Below are positions 1-13,682 of a stretch of DNA of 64,000 bases, piece after piece. The stretch is taken from the NCBI GenBank assembly GCA_964057225.1, contig OZ059895.1, positions 17,050,001 through 17,114,000 of the forward strand. Direction: 5' to 3'. Both the position numbers and the translations under genes were made by a program. Numbering within the stretch: position 1 is the stretch's first letter; each line of letters starts with the position of its first letter. The notes under the pieces were generated by a model. It made no database searches, was not told the origin of the DNA, and worked only from the letters and a program-made list of their open reading frames with translations. Origin of the DNA: Auanema rhodensis. Its lineage: Eukaryota; Animalia; Nematoda.

Positions 1-1315
1 CTTCAGGCGTCTATTAGAAACAAGCTTGAAACTGAAGAAGAGACAAGCCAAACGACGAGAATAGACGTTGCTTTGAGTTAATAGCACCCTGGTTGGTGAC
101 ATATATTCTCGTTGCTTGCTAAAACTATACTTGCATACTGATGTCTGCGAGATCGCGCATCATGAATATACTAGCACCTATCAACATCATAGCTAGCTGC
201 TAGATGTGGCTTGAGTATCCCGAAGATACATACATAAGTAAAAATGATTCAACTGCCAAACTATTGACTAGTCTTTTCAACAAATATAAAACTTTCTCAC
301 ACCACCAGCATTTCAGAAACGACAAGTCTTGAAGAAGGATTAAGAGAGGCAAATCTTACTGGTTACCCCAGGGAAAAGAACAGAATAATAAGAAAACAAA
401 GAAATTTTCTTAAAATCAAACCTGGAATATTCTGTAGTATTTGTTCTGTATTTTTTATAGATGAGCATTCAGCATCAAGTGCAAGGTCTGACGAACTGGA
501 TTCGGTAACAATTGGGGCAACCGTAGCAGTTGGAATCTGGCAGAAATCACATAAAAACTAGTTCAATACAAACACGGGGCAAACCTCATAATGCCCATTT
601 TCAGTTAAATGGGTATTCTTTAGAGAATTAACTGCCTCATTAACACTATCGGCTTGTGATGCCTAGAAATAAGAATAAACAACCGCACAGCTTATTCACA
701 ACAAGTAAAATTATTTTTAAAAAGAATATGCGTTAATCGCGTGCATTGATAAATTTGCGGTTGAAGTTTTTATGAGCATGAGCACATGATTCATAAAAAC
801 TATGAGAAAAAAGAAAATTGAAAATAAAAAAAACGTAATGAAGGAAATTCTGAAAACACAAACCTGACTAGAAGGGCGATTAGGAGTTGGAGCCATGAAA
901 GGCATTGGGAACGCCATAGTCTGACCAAACTGACTAGATGCAGCCATCATTTGTTGAAAATATTGCTGCATCATCTCTTGATATTGAGCTGGGGAAAATA
1001 CCATTCCCGGAACAGCACCAGGCGCAGCCTGTCCATCTGTTTGTTGTGGAAGAAAAGGAGATATAAATGGATTAAAGAAAGGTGGAGGCATGGCCATTTC
1101 TGAAAATTCGACATTCAACAACAGAAAAGGTCATTCATTCACAGCTTTCCCATGCTACTTAGCATGGCTCGTTTCAAGTGGTTGTAATCGGACACAAAAC
1201 GATAAAACTTACGGAACGGTGCTGGTTGGCCTTCGTTGGTTAATGGTGTTGGAACCGTTTGAGATGTTCCAGAAGAACATGCTTGTACATCGGGAGATTC
1301 TGCTCCCAACGACAT
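1..1315 (-). CDS. lin-10: LIN-10/Mint/X11 (APBA) adaptor protein, 5' exons only; the gene continues past the left edge
   Basis: TTTCAG acceptor at ~1331-1336 then ATG at 1315. Spliced translation reads MSLGAESP...GQPAPFQMAMPPPFFNPF...MVFSPAQYQEMMQQYFQQMMAASSQF...RPSSQASQ, matching the recalled C. elegans LIN-10 N-terminus (VPFQM..FFANPF..MVFSPAQYQEVMHHYFQQMMAAS..RPSSQAS). It lies next to mau-2, as in C. elegans. The PTB/PDZ domains are outside the window. Confidence 0.85.
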
Positions 1316-1626
1316 GGCTGTGACACTCACCTGAAACGATAGATGAAAATCAACGTAAAAAGATAAAAGGGTTGCAAATATGGAAAATGATTGACATGTA
1401 TCTAACGTAAGATAGGTCATTTATGCTATCATGATAAGAAAACTAGGCAGAGTTCCAGCTCAAATCAATGTCAAAGTACGACGCATAAATATGATATAAA
1501 TCTATCGATAACAAAAAATGTGAAGCTTCTAGTAGGAGCCCAAAACGATGGCACCCCATAGGCTTATAATACGAAGTTCAAGCTGAGAATATGAGGTAAA
1601 TTAAACATTTTCCATAAACTCTAATC

Positions 1627-1800
1627 GATGTTAAGGAAGGTCTCTAGTGTATGAATACGTCCTGGGCGTCTGACTCTGCCTAGTAAGCCGCGTCGCGTCC
1701 GCCCGCAGTACTCCGTAAATCTACACGCCTCAGCTGGAACAGTGCCCTTCCGATGCTATGAGGATGGGATCCGATATCCGTTTCCAGTTGCAATCACATC
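1627..1800. ncRNA. Candidate structured ncRNA of unassigned family in the lin-10/mau-2 intergenic region
   Basis: 72 of 120 bases are G+C in 1661-1780 within very AT-rich flanks. Two adjacent hand-folded hairpins (1647-1726 and 1731-1790) are closed by GATGT/ACATC. No ORF or splice support; no family recognised. Confidence 0.4.
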
Positions 1801-2552
1801 AGATTTAATTAAGAACTGTGTGGCGTCTTAGCAGTTTTGAGAAAAATCTCTCAAAAACATGAACTGGACATTCTCGAATGCAAAGAAATGTTGTTGACCC
1901 GATTTTCAGTTAATTATTTTATTTGGTTATGCTTTCAATATCGAACACTTTTGACGAGAGCTATTACTAATAATAATATTAACACAAGATAATCAATGAT
2001 AACGAGCAAAAAGAAAAATCCTTTGTACTACATATTCTCATTGAACAATAGTTTGGATTGCAGGATAAAGGAAGCCTTTGAAGGCATATTTAGAACGGGA
2101 TGTTGACCAACTGGAGTAAATATATAAGACTTCTGATTTAGAAAGCGAGAAGTGAAAAATAGAGTTTGAGAATTAGATGAACTTAACAATGAAGCTGCTA
2201 CTTCTGAATTAACTATTGAATAAAGAAATATTTTTCTAATGAAATTGCAAAAACATTTAGAAATATATTGTTTTATCAATTTTACTACTTGATGTTGAAT
2301 TAATTTCATAACCAACAGAAATAATATTTTTAATGGTTACTTGTTATCTCTTGAGCATGTTCACTTCTACCACATTTTTTATAATATATTTTGGATTGAG
2401 GCGCGCCCTAATATACAGACTCTTACAGTATATTATGGCTTAAACGCTAAACAGATGCCAAAGGCTTAACCTTGTTATTTTTTACTTTTCATTCTTGAAA
2501 GGAATAAAGTTTTTTGATAACTTCTCTCATAAAGCTTTTTTACAGGTTTCTT

Positions 2553-5046
2553 ATGCCAAACGAAGAGGTTCAAGCCGAGTATGTGGCCCATGCCATGCTG
2601 GCTATGGCCGAAACTCTTCGGAGGCAAAATCCTCCAAAATATAAAATGGCAATTAAATGTGCCAGGGTAAGTATCTTTTTCCGAATATATAAGTGAACTG
2701 TAACTTTAGGGTGCTTCCACATTTGACATTTCTCCCGAAAAAAAGGCATTTGTATTAACTCAGTTAGGAAAACTGCTCTTGTATTATTCTGATAATCAAG
2801 AAGAGGCTAAATTAACTTTAGAAAATGCTGTAAGTTTCTTTCAATATATTCTTGTTTAATTTATTCATTTAAGTATAATATGTATCTATCATTTGGCGAC
2901 GATTACCTTAATTTTCGTACTGAAAATGTCATATTATTGTGTGAAGCTTATATTGGAGGTAAATAATTTTTTATTATTGCACGCTACAGTAATTAAGTTG
3001 CAGGATCATGTAGCATCGAGGGTTACCAAAGGGCTCTTGCAATACTTCGTGCTGAAATGCCAAATAACCAGAAGAATAAATCAATTATCACCAAAATGTT
3101 GTTCTATTACATCGTAAGTTGACCTAGTGCTCGATAACATTTCAAGTGATTCATTAAGGAAGCAGCCACACTTTCTGGGTCATATAACGAAGCCGTTGAA
3201 GCTTGCAAGTTAGCGACAGAGAATGCAATGTCATGGAATGATAAAGTTCTAGAATTGTATTTTCGAATGACAAAACAATTGGTTTTTCATCTTTTTTCCG
3301 GCGTTAAATAATTTGAAAACATAGGTCTTATCTCGAAGTATGAGAGGCACATTAGATGAAGTGGAGACAAATGAAATCGGAGCTATTATGTCTAACATAA
3401 GCGCAGATGAACATGTGATTACAAATTTAAAAGTTTTTTATATTTCAACGCAATTAGCTTATACTATTTCAAGTGGAAAGGTTGAGTTTTGTTGCGAAGC
3501 GCAAGAATATATTTGTACTTTAGATGCGGTCTGCGCGTGATCTTTTGAGAACCCTACAAGCTACTGTTCAAGCAATGCCTGCAGATGTATCATTAGGTGG
3601 AATACGGTATACTCAGTTAGTTATAAACCTAAAATTAATTATTTCTCTTTAGTTGGATGGAAAGGGTACCATTAACCGCTTTAGCTTGTTTGATGACAAT
3701 CGTTAGTTCCGCATTTCAATCTAATTATGATAGAGCATACAAATACTATTTGATTGGAATGAGACATATCCAAGAATATCTGACTAAGGTTCAAAATATT
3801 TTGATTGTTCAACTCTAACTTTTCGATTTTTCAGTCTTTCCGTTCTGCTAGTGAGTTTGGAGTTTTAAGATCAGTTCTAAGAATGAGGTTATCTATTAAC
3901 GAAATGATTGCACATTGCAATATCATGGCATGCAAGCCTGTAATGGCTTTAGAAAATGTAATTGTTTCTCTTTTTCATCTGTTATGTATGTTTTTCCTTA
4001 ATTAGATCAGAGATATGATTACTTTGTCAACCCGAGTAGGCATGGAGTACTACATTGAATATGTTCCAGCGATCCAATCACTCTTGGTAAACGAGCATTT
4101 TCTTTATATTCTAATTTAAATGTTTCTAGGGATGGTTTTCAACATATATCGGCGATCTAAATGCTGCTGAAAAGCATTTTAAAGCTGCTCTTGAGGTTTT
4201 TTAAATTTGATATTTTTCGCCATATTTTAAACCATTATTTAGATGAAACCAAAAAACAAAGATGCATTTACCATGCTACAAGTGAGTCTTGGACTTGTAT
4301 ATATCTTACAACAAAAATTTTCTTCATATTATACGGCTGCTGAATTGTAAGTAGTTATTTGTATTTTGGTTAATTGAGCTATTTATTTTTCAGTTTAACT
4401 CCTACTCGCTTGTCTCAGTGTTCATTAGTTGTCAAAATGAATGCTAAGTTTGTAATGGGATGCCACGCTTATATAACTAATAAACTTACTGATTGCCAGT
4501 AAGTTTCAGTGAAGTTTGCAAAGATATAATCAAATTTTCAGGCAATATCTGGTTGAATGTCTTGAAATGGCTAAAGCTGAAGATTTATTCCGTATTCATG
4601 CCATGGCTATTGTACTCTTTTCGATACCTTTTCCAGTCTCTGTGGAGGTGGCGTTTTAAGCAGCTGTGAATTAAATCTTTGTTTAATTTTTTAGACTTTA
4701 CAATTAAATTTGGATTGGAGTAAAAAGGGACAAGACTATGCACTTTTGAATTGGAGTGATTTAGCCATTGCAAGTAAGCCTTAGCCTTATTTTTATCTTG
4801 AATTTCCTTTCAATTCTTCTAGTAAATACTAAACGCAAGGGAGACGATGCAATACCACCAAACGATGTAGATTTCCAAAAATGTAAAACAAACTTAGATG
4901 CTTTCCAAGAAGCATCCAAAACCCATTCAGCAGCTGGACTTTTAGAGGTTAGTACCTTGTCCTTTTTTGTTTTTTCTTATTTATGTTGACGTTCTTTTCA
5001 GTGGTATGAAGGTGAAGCATTACAATTTTTACCAAAAGAAGAGTAG
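2553..5046 (+). CDS. mau-2: MAU-2/Scc4 cohesin loader subunit, multi-exon
   Basis: Acceptor TTTTACAG ends at 2545, ATG at 2553. MPNEEVQAEYVAHAMLAMAETLRRQNPPKYKMAIKCAR matches the MAU-2 N-terminus (L..AE.LR...PPK...AIKC). Many ~45-nt GT-AG introns; ends WYEGEALQFLPKEE* with TAG at 5044-5046. Confidence 0.9.
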
Positions 5047-5859
5047 AATCTCGAAGTCAACGGGTCAGAATATTGTATATATAGTATATACATGTAAATA
5101 CAAAAGACTTACAAGGCAGCATGCTGGAAAACTTGTGAATTTCGATCTTACTAACGGTATATAACGAGTATATTAAGGGTTACCTACTAACTTTTCGTTT
5201 TTTCTTTTTATAATATTCATAATTTATACAAATTTGTTATTAGACGGCCCTTTCACTTTCTTTTGTCAAAGCGTCACACTATTCGAATAAAGACTATTGT
5301 TTTCTATAATAAGCATTTTTTTGTGTGTATTACTCTTTTTCTATTTATACTCCTATATTAGGAAAATTATAAAAATTCGTATAACAAACGAACAAACTTT
5401 GTTTCGCATATTATGTAACAACGGACTGATGTTTAAGATGAATTATATACTTTAAAACGACAATGATGATGAGAGCTGTACGTATTTCATAGTTAGAAGT
5501 AGTAAGTAAGTATGTAGTAATAGCTGTAATGGTAGTGGTTTAGACTGACATTGATGTTATAAATATCTCATAAACAACTACATAGATGTTAGAATGTTGC
5601 TGTTGCTGTATAGGCTAGACTTCTCTCCCTCCTTTTGTTTTCTTTTGCAGGTTTATAATCTTCTTCCTCTACCTAATAACATCGTCTTCTTCTCTTGCCC
5701 TGCTCTTGTTCTTCAATACAAAAGAAAAAAACAATGTTTCAATGGAATGGTAATTAATGAAGTTGACGATGATAATATACAGATGATGATGATGATGATG
5801 ATGATAGCGACGACGACATCACCGGAGGATGATGATATTGAGGAAGAGCAATAGAGAAG

Positions 5860-6969
5860 TTACCAGCCAGACAATGGACCGCAGTATGACAGAAGGTCGT
5901 TCACGGTGCAGCCGACATCACAACAGATCGTCTGAAGTTGTCGAATGGATGGAGCCACAAGAGCACGTCTCACTAAAAGTAAATAATATTTAAATCTTAT
6001 ATTAATAGATACATATATAGTTTGAATGTAATATTATTCTATTTTCTTGCTCACATCAATAATTGAAATATTTTCAGTTTTAATTAGAATTTGAAGTCGT
6101 TCAGTCTGTCAGGTATCGAACAACAACTTGACAGGTTAAGAAGGTTGCGGAACCTCTCAATGGTTTAAGCATCAGAATTTTCCCATAATTTCTTCAAAAA
6201 TATGTTTTTTTCTGCTTATTCGGTTCAAGTTGGTTCTTCAAATTAGAAATTTTTTGAAGAACATAGAAAACTTTAGATTGGCGTTATTTCCACTTCATGT
6301 TGCGGATCTATACTGCTAAATTGCAAAAATTGTTGAAAGATTTCTGATAGAAATTGTATTCTAGAACATTCATGAACTTTTCGTTTTTTTCTCCAAAACG
6401 AAAATAATTTTGAAGATTGAATCAAAGTCCATGCTTCGAGGGTTCCGAATAGCTACAGGAAGTGGAGCGTTTTTCTAATTGGATTAGAGCACGACTTGGA
6501 ATTTTCTTGAAAATTCGCTTTTTTTTCTCCGTTGAAGCAATGTTCATAGGTTGCTCCAAGTAATTTGAATTCAATTTTTGAAGACAAATTGCAATGAAAA
6601 TCCGCTTTTTTGGAAAAAAGAAAAGTTACTCACTAGGTATAGGAATGTTATCTATACTTCTTTTCCGTCTCATAGTACAAGCCATTGACCAGGCCATTGT
6701 GAAACTACTTCCACCAGGAGGACACATACGAAGTCGTCCATCTGAAATGTAAAAATTGTTGTTGAATACATCATGCAAGAGCAAAAAAAAAAAGATTTTT
6801 CCTATTATTTTTTGAATTAAATTTTGATGGAAATATGAAATATTGTATTTGCAGGTTTTGGCACACACAGTCCATATTAAGGTTATATTCTTAAAATTTA
6901 TGATAGCTATTCCGTACAAGTATACATAAAGATATTGCTAAAACAACCATAAATATCATTCAATATAAA

Positions 6970-7008
<39 letters not shown>

Positions 7009-10000
7009 GTTCCATATTTCTCTCACTATACTTGACTCTTCCTTCTTCTCTTACTCATTTGCCATTCTTCATCATTTTGTGTTCTCAGCTTCAGTCAAGC
7101 TTCAACTTAACTATTCCGTTGAATGAGTTTGAGTTTCCTTTGATTTTTGTCCACTAATTAGTCAAGACGAAGTTCAATTTCAATCGTATTCTCAAGATTT
7201 TTCGGAGTAAAAATGGAGAAAAAAGATCATTTCGTTTTAATTTTCAAAGAGGCTCAGGATGTTTGGTAGGAAGACTTTTTGACGAAATCAAAATCATATG
7301 CCTCATCATAGCTAGGCTTCTACAATTATAATTTGGAATGCATGTAAACCATTGAAGTTTTTTGAGATTCAAAACGAATTCCCTTCTTACAACCCAGAAT
7401 GAGCATATGCTGCTCAGAAGCTACCAACATATGTATAACTTCTTATACAAGAACACCTAGTTCAGACATTTAATAACGAATGCAACGCATTTAATCCCAA
7501 TGTTGTTGTGTTTTTTGCAGAAAAAAAAGTTAAATTACAACGTTAATGATGACAACGTTGATCGTGATGATGATGATGACGGTGGTGGTGTTGGTGATGG
7601 TGGCAATAACGTCGTCGGCGGTGACGTCTCCTCATGTTTATAAAGCATTTATGTCATGTTGTTGCATGCTGTATCGCAGATTGAGGACAACATTAGCATT
7701 ACGCTTGTTGTCTTCTCAGAACTTCGGTGGATGCTGACTGACAGACTTGAAAAGCCTTTGAATTCATATGATCAATTGAATAGCCATACATATGTACATA
7801 TACGTGATTTGATTGACAAAAAGGAGAAAATATAATTTGGTTTTTATTTCCGAACAAGAAGGCTGAAAAGCAAGTAAGCATCAACTACTTAGATGCTTGT
7901 CTAATACATAGTATGATGTATTTTGCTCTTTTAGTTACCTTATATGGTAATATGCTCCCATAAATAATATATAAAAAGCTTAATATATATAAGATAAGAT
8001 AGCTTATTTCTTGAATTTCGAGGATAAAATGGCAGTTTATTTTAGAAATAGCACATGTAGAAGTCTTTCATCATTTTTTTTTTGCAAAAAAACCAGGAAC
8101 AACCACATATACATGCACAACGAGCATATTTCAAATTGAGTATGTGAGACGTAAGAAAGGACAAAAATGCTTTTTCTATCACACAATAAAGGTTATATTT
8201 GAATATTAAAACAGCTTGCAACCTGTTAAGCTTATACACTTTCACGTTTATTTAGCTACAACTTAATAGCAAATATGGTAATGGTTTGAGAACAAGGTCG
8301 AATTTTCTAGGCGTTCTTACTATTCAAAAAACATTTATAACAGATTGGATGATGGAATAAATTGTCTGAAAAGACAATACGTTATTTCTTTTTTTGTTTT
8401 TTCGATCAATCATGACTGTTGCAAAGCTGAATTTTGCTTCCTTAACAAGAAATTCATCCGATCTATCTGGGATCTAAGGATGTTAAAGCTCATTGTATTG
8501 TTGAAACATAAATAAAAGATGAAGCTATAGACCAGATTGATATGAAAATGACAATTTAAATCAAAGGCAGAAGAATATTCTGATAGTACATGAGCTAATC
8601 TCTTCCTCTCCTCTATACAAATTTCTCTCTCTCTCTCTCTTTCTCTCTTTTTTTTCAGGTTTTCTCGGTAAATCACACACCTTTTCATTCAAATCTCCCC
8701 CCCCCCCCCCTTAGCTACTTCTTTACTTCTATTTTTATTCATTGAAGTTCTTTAAGCACAATAAGTACTTCTATTAATATATCTTAAACTATAAATAATA
8801 ATTATTATAATATATTTCTATAGGTTATGTCAAACTAACTATGCTACATGTGTTCTCACGTTTATCGCAAATGTCAAAAAAAAAAGTTTCTATCTTCTAT
8901 ATCTACTTATGTATAACTATATATATATATATATATAATATAGAATTAACTATATCTTTTGATATATTACTATATTTAGACTTTTAATAAATTCCATATT
9001 TGACTAATATTTTATAATTTGAAGACAAATTATCAGCCACCAACTCAAACGATGTCACATGAATATCCAAGGTTACATCAAAAAAAAAAGAAAAAGAAAG
9101 AATAGCAAATTTTTCATATTTTATCCTCCCCCACCCCCTGGCAAATACCGAAATATGAGCAACTATATGAGCAACTATTCAAAGGATTCGACAAAAAATT
9201 AATTTATTTCCTTTATATGCTCGTTTTCCTTTTTAAGGGTGGATAACTGGGGGCAAAAAAAACGAAAGAAAGAAAGTAAACCAAAAATCCATGGCCATAG
9301 CTCGGAGTTGTGCATGGCTAATCAACAGTTTTTGAAATAATTGCATACAACGCTTTGTTGTAGTTGCTAGGATTCATCTAGAAACATCTTCGTGTCATGA
9401 TTTTCATGGTATTCGTTGCATCGTCGTCGTCGTCGTCGTCATCGTCGTCCGGCTGAGGTTGTGTATCATCATCACCGTCGCTCAGGACAATTTTTCGTTA
9501 ACTCAAATCTCTCTCTCTCTCTCTCTCTCTCTCAGTTACATATTGGTTTTAAAGCAAAAAGTGGAGAGCAAAAGCCATTATGTTCATTATATTTTTTGAT
9601 TGAAACGAATTCTTTTTTTATTACATAAAAGCTTTGTTTTATGTATTTGATATCTATGGAAAATTATTTTTTTTTCTTTTATTTTATTGTCCCGTTTTGA
9701 CAAATCCCATAACATGAAATGAATTGTTTTTATTATTAGAATTTCATCTATTTTTCTTTCCTTTTAAGCCTAAATGAGGAAGCGAACATGAATGAGAAAC
9801 TGTTTTAAATCGAATATTTATAACGATATTATACATTTTACTTTAATTTTTCTCTTTTTTTCTCTCTCTTTTCAATCTCCCCCCCCCTCATTCTCTCTCT
9901 CTCTCGCTCTCTCTGTTTCAATCTCTCCCTTCGTACATATATATATTCAGTTTCGTTTTTTTTGCCTAAAAAAACGGAAACGGTTGGGCGGGCATCCGAG

Positions 10001-10226
10001 AAATTGGAAAAGCAAACAAGAAGAAATGAACAATTTGTATCATACAGAAACTTTTCTTATCTCATCCCTTTGTTTTCAACTTTATCACTTATTCGATCTG
10101 AGAAGGAATAAATTTTATTTTTGGATTAATTATAAGAAGTAATATCGTACTAGGTGCAAGTATCCGAGTAAGCTGCACCCGAATAGTTGTGTACTAACTA
10201 TCGAAATGAATTTATTGTTTAGGAGT

Positions 10227-10298
<72 letters not shown>

Positions 10299-12265
10299 GG
10301 AGACTAACTAATGTTAGAACATTCCTTCTCTTTTTCGAATATTTTATCAGATTTTCTTGGAATTGGAAGTCCGCATTGATCATCGTATAGCAATTAAAAA
10401 TGTGCATTGTTTCTAATACGTTCATTGAAAGCGATAAATCTGTTACATGAAAACTAATTTTCAAAGCTTTTTTCTTTTTTTCTAATGAAATTCCAATTCT
10501 TTGATAAGCCAATGCTATACGACATTGTGGCAGTTGCATACAGCAGCAGCTCGTCGCGTAAGCTCATATTGAATACAGCATAGTTAAGCTTAGTTATATG
10601 ACCTTGCTGAGCATATATACAGCTTAAAAGGTGTACCATATATACATATAGAGCAATGTGAGACAGCAGCCTGTTCTTTGGTTCAAAATGAAAACTTAAT
10701 TTAAGCTAAAAACATTGTTTGGAAAATTATATTCTTTGTGCAATGAAAAGATGAATGTCATCACCCAATTAGGTAATTGTTAGCATGGTAAAGTTGAAAA
10801 AGACAGAATAATTACAAAGAAAGAGGAAGAAGAAGGAAAGATATAGTTACAAATAGAAAACTAAATAAGTTGTAATGATGCAATAATCATAATATTTCTT
10901 TTTCTAAAATATTATTTCTTTTCACTTCACTCTACTTCATTCATTCTTGTGTATTTCACATTATATTGTTTAAACCAAAAAACACATATTTTACTCAAAC
11001 GATCTTGCTAATTTACGTTAAAACAGGCTACAAGTATTTGACTTTCATGATTCATAGTACCCACATGCTTACAGCTTTCAATTTGTTTTATAAATAAATA
11101 AATACATATATTCCCTTAACTATATACATGTACATATGACCCATATGATATTCTAGTATCTGAGCTATGCTTGATGTGTATGCGTATGTGTGTGATGGAA
11201 GAAGCTCAATAAGCATTTGCCTCCCTTTAATTAGTCGTAGAAAATCCACGAGTAAATCAGAATTAAGATAGTGAACGATGATGATGATGATGATGATCAT
11301 TAAACTTCCATGCTTTCTCAGTAAAATAGGTTCAGGCCGAGTATAATATGAGATGGCAAATGGCCAAATGAGATAGAAAGATATAAGAGATGTGTGAGAG
11401 AGATATGTATATAAGCAAAGATCTTTTAATGGAAACAAATTGATATATATATATATATATATAGTTAATAAGTGAAATTGAATATAATTAAGATTAAAAT
11501 TCACAAATACAACCGCTCTATGCGCTAATCAAAAGAGTAATCATCTCAATGCAAGTAGCGTTTGTCACGTGACACGTCAACAACGTGATATGCTAATTTT
11601 TCGTGAAAACGACTAATTATGCTATATATCATATACATATAAACATTATAATCTTGAAAAATAATAGATTTTCAATAATTATTTATTATTATTATTCTTA
11701 TTCAGCCAATGTAGTTATGTACTCAAGACATGTCGTTGGAATGTCAGAAGCTTATGTATATACATACGTATGAACACGTCATGATCATTGTCATCTTCAG
11801 TACAATAACTATGAACTATAATCGTTAACTACTGTCTATATACATGTGTTTTCGGATATCTCAAACAGTTCAATTGGTCGTAAATGTTTTAAATGTATGA
11901 AATGACGGAATATTTTATGCTTCACAACATGGCTTCATCGTCTGCTTCAGAATTATATCCTTAATCCACTCCCACTCTCATCCTTCTCTATCTGCTTTAG
12001 CTATTATTCTGTTTCTTTGTTTCATCCTCTTCCCTGTATATCATCCTCTGAAGTTGCTTTCACAAATGAACGGCAATCTTTTTTCCATTCGTCTTCTGAT
12101 TTTTGTTTCTTAGTCATTAACTAAAGGGTTTTCTTGTGAGTTTTCTCTCTTCCCCCCTCTCTCGTTCAATATCAGAACACATTGAACCTATGTGTATCAT
12201 GCTACTTGAGTAGTCAACGATAGCCATAAAAAACACCGAAAAGGATTGTTTTATCTCTCTCTCTC

Positions 12266-12314
<49 letters not shown>

Positions 12315-13634
12315 CCCCGTATACACATACTAATGTAGAGCCTTGTCAACTATTTAGCGGAAAATTCTTTTCGTGTAATTGGCAGGAGACAAGACAACTC
12401 GGTTGCCTTAGCAGCTTCGAAGCTTCTGAATGACAAACTGAAAGAAGCATCATGATAAGTATGTGATTCCTTCTTTCTGCTATTTTGCACGTGGAGTAGC
12501 AGAATATAACTCTGCTTGTTGCAAGACGAATAGAAGCAATTAGCTTTAATGACTTAGAGCATGATACAGAATATGCTTAGCTTGGTGCTACAAAGAACGG
12601 AATGAGTTTCTACCATCTGTTAAGAAGGAAAAGGGGGATGGAGGTATATTCTGAAGAGTTTCATGAAACGAACACTTGTTGTGTTTTGATTTCATAGAAA
12701 CAAAGAAAAAAATGGAGATAGAAACAGAGCCTAGGGTGACGTAAAGAGAGGTGAAGTGAACTTGAAAAAGTGACGGACAATTAACAAAAACGGTGGTTGA
12801 TGCGTTCCGTTTTGTGTTTAAATTCTCATTTTCTGACACTCACTCTCACACATCCCACAGAGAAGATTAGTAAAAATATTCGATTTTTACTCATTTGTTA
12901 TGAGTTTATTTTTTGAAATTTTGAAAGAAAAGAAAAAGAAAAGAAAGACAACATTCATCAAGCAAGAAAAAAATAAAGAAAATAGGGTAAACAAGACTGA
13001 CATTTGAAGTGACACCCACTTATTAAAGAAAATGCTTTCAAGTTCATACACAGACACACCAGTACCAGTCATTGTTACAGATGTTAATTCATCTATATCT
13101 ATAGATATAGTCAAATATAATATTCAAAGAATACAGTGAATTATTGAAAAAGTGAGAAGAGAACGATCGTAAAGAAGATCAGAAGACAATGAATCGTTTT
13201 TGCTGACAGAACTTGAGAGGTAAAGAGAATTTCTTGGAGTATACAGGGTAGAAAAGTAAGAGAGACAAGAAGAGCCTGAATAAGGATATGATTGTATTTA
13301 GTAATCTTGACAAGCAAGCTCTTCACCATCATTTAGTATCAAGCTGCATGGAATTGATGGCATTTTGGTTTTTTTTTAATTAAAAAATCTCTGTTTTCTT
13401 CGTCTTTGATTACTTTTATGACAAAGTTTAGTCGTTTTTCGTTATAACGATTTTCGTGTAATAATTTTTGAAAAATGAAATTGGAGTTTTGTGAGAGGAG
13501 GTAACTAAGGAGTTGTAGCTCTGAGAGGATGGCTGGTGGTATAAGTGAGAATTGAAAAAGCTATAGAAGCTAATTGTTGTCATAATTTGTCGTTCGGTAT
13601 AAAATTCTATATAGTATATATTATTTTTTTAAAA

Positions 13635-13682
<48 letters not shown>

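Noticed and set aside
586-663. Suspected frameshift in a lin-10 exon
   Set aside because: Recounting gives an open frame, ASQADSVNEAVNSLKNTHLTENGHYE.
1325-1336. TTTCAG|GTGAGT acceptor-donor junction at the lin-10 start, resembling a recursive splice site
   Set aside because: More simply a trans-splice or UTR acceptor 15 nt before the ATG; no supporting long intron.
1742-1752. 11-nt complement to 18S rRNA (CGGAAGGGCAC)
   Set aside because: No adjacent canonical D/D' box, and a match of this length can arise by chance.
1582-1838. Naming the structured element RNase P/MRP, 7SK or telomerase RNA
   Set aside because: Only fragments match: no good P4 partner for GGAAGGTCTC, no paired GAUC motifs, the template-like word is 8 nt and lies 3' of the structured part, and there is no proper H box. 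Kept as unassigned.
10454-10639. ORF MVHLLSC... as ins-18 exon 1
   Set aside because: No hydrophobic signal core or suitable phase-1 donor; 14419-14347 fits better.
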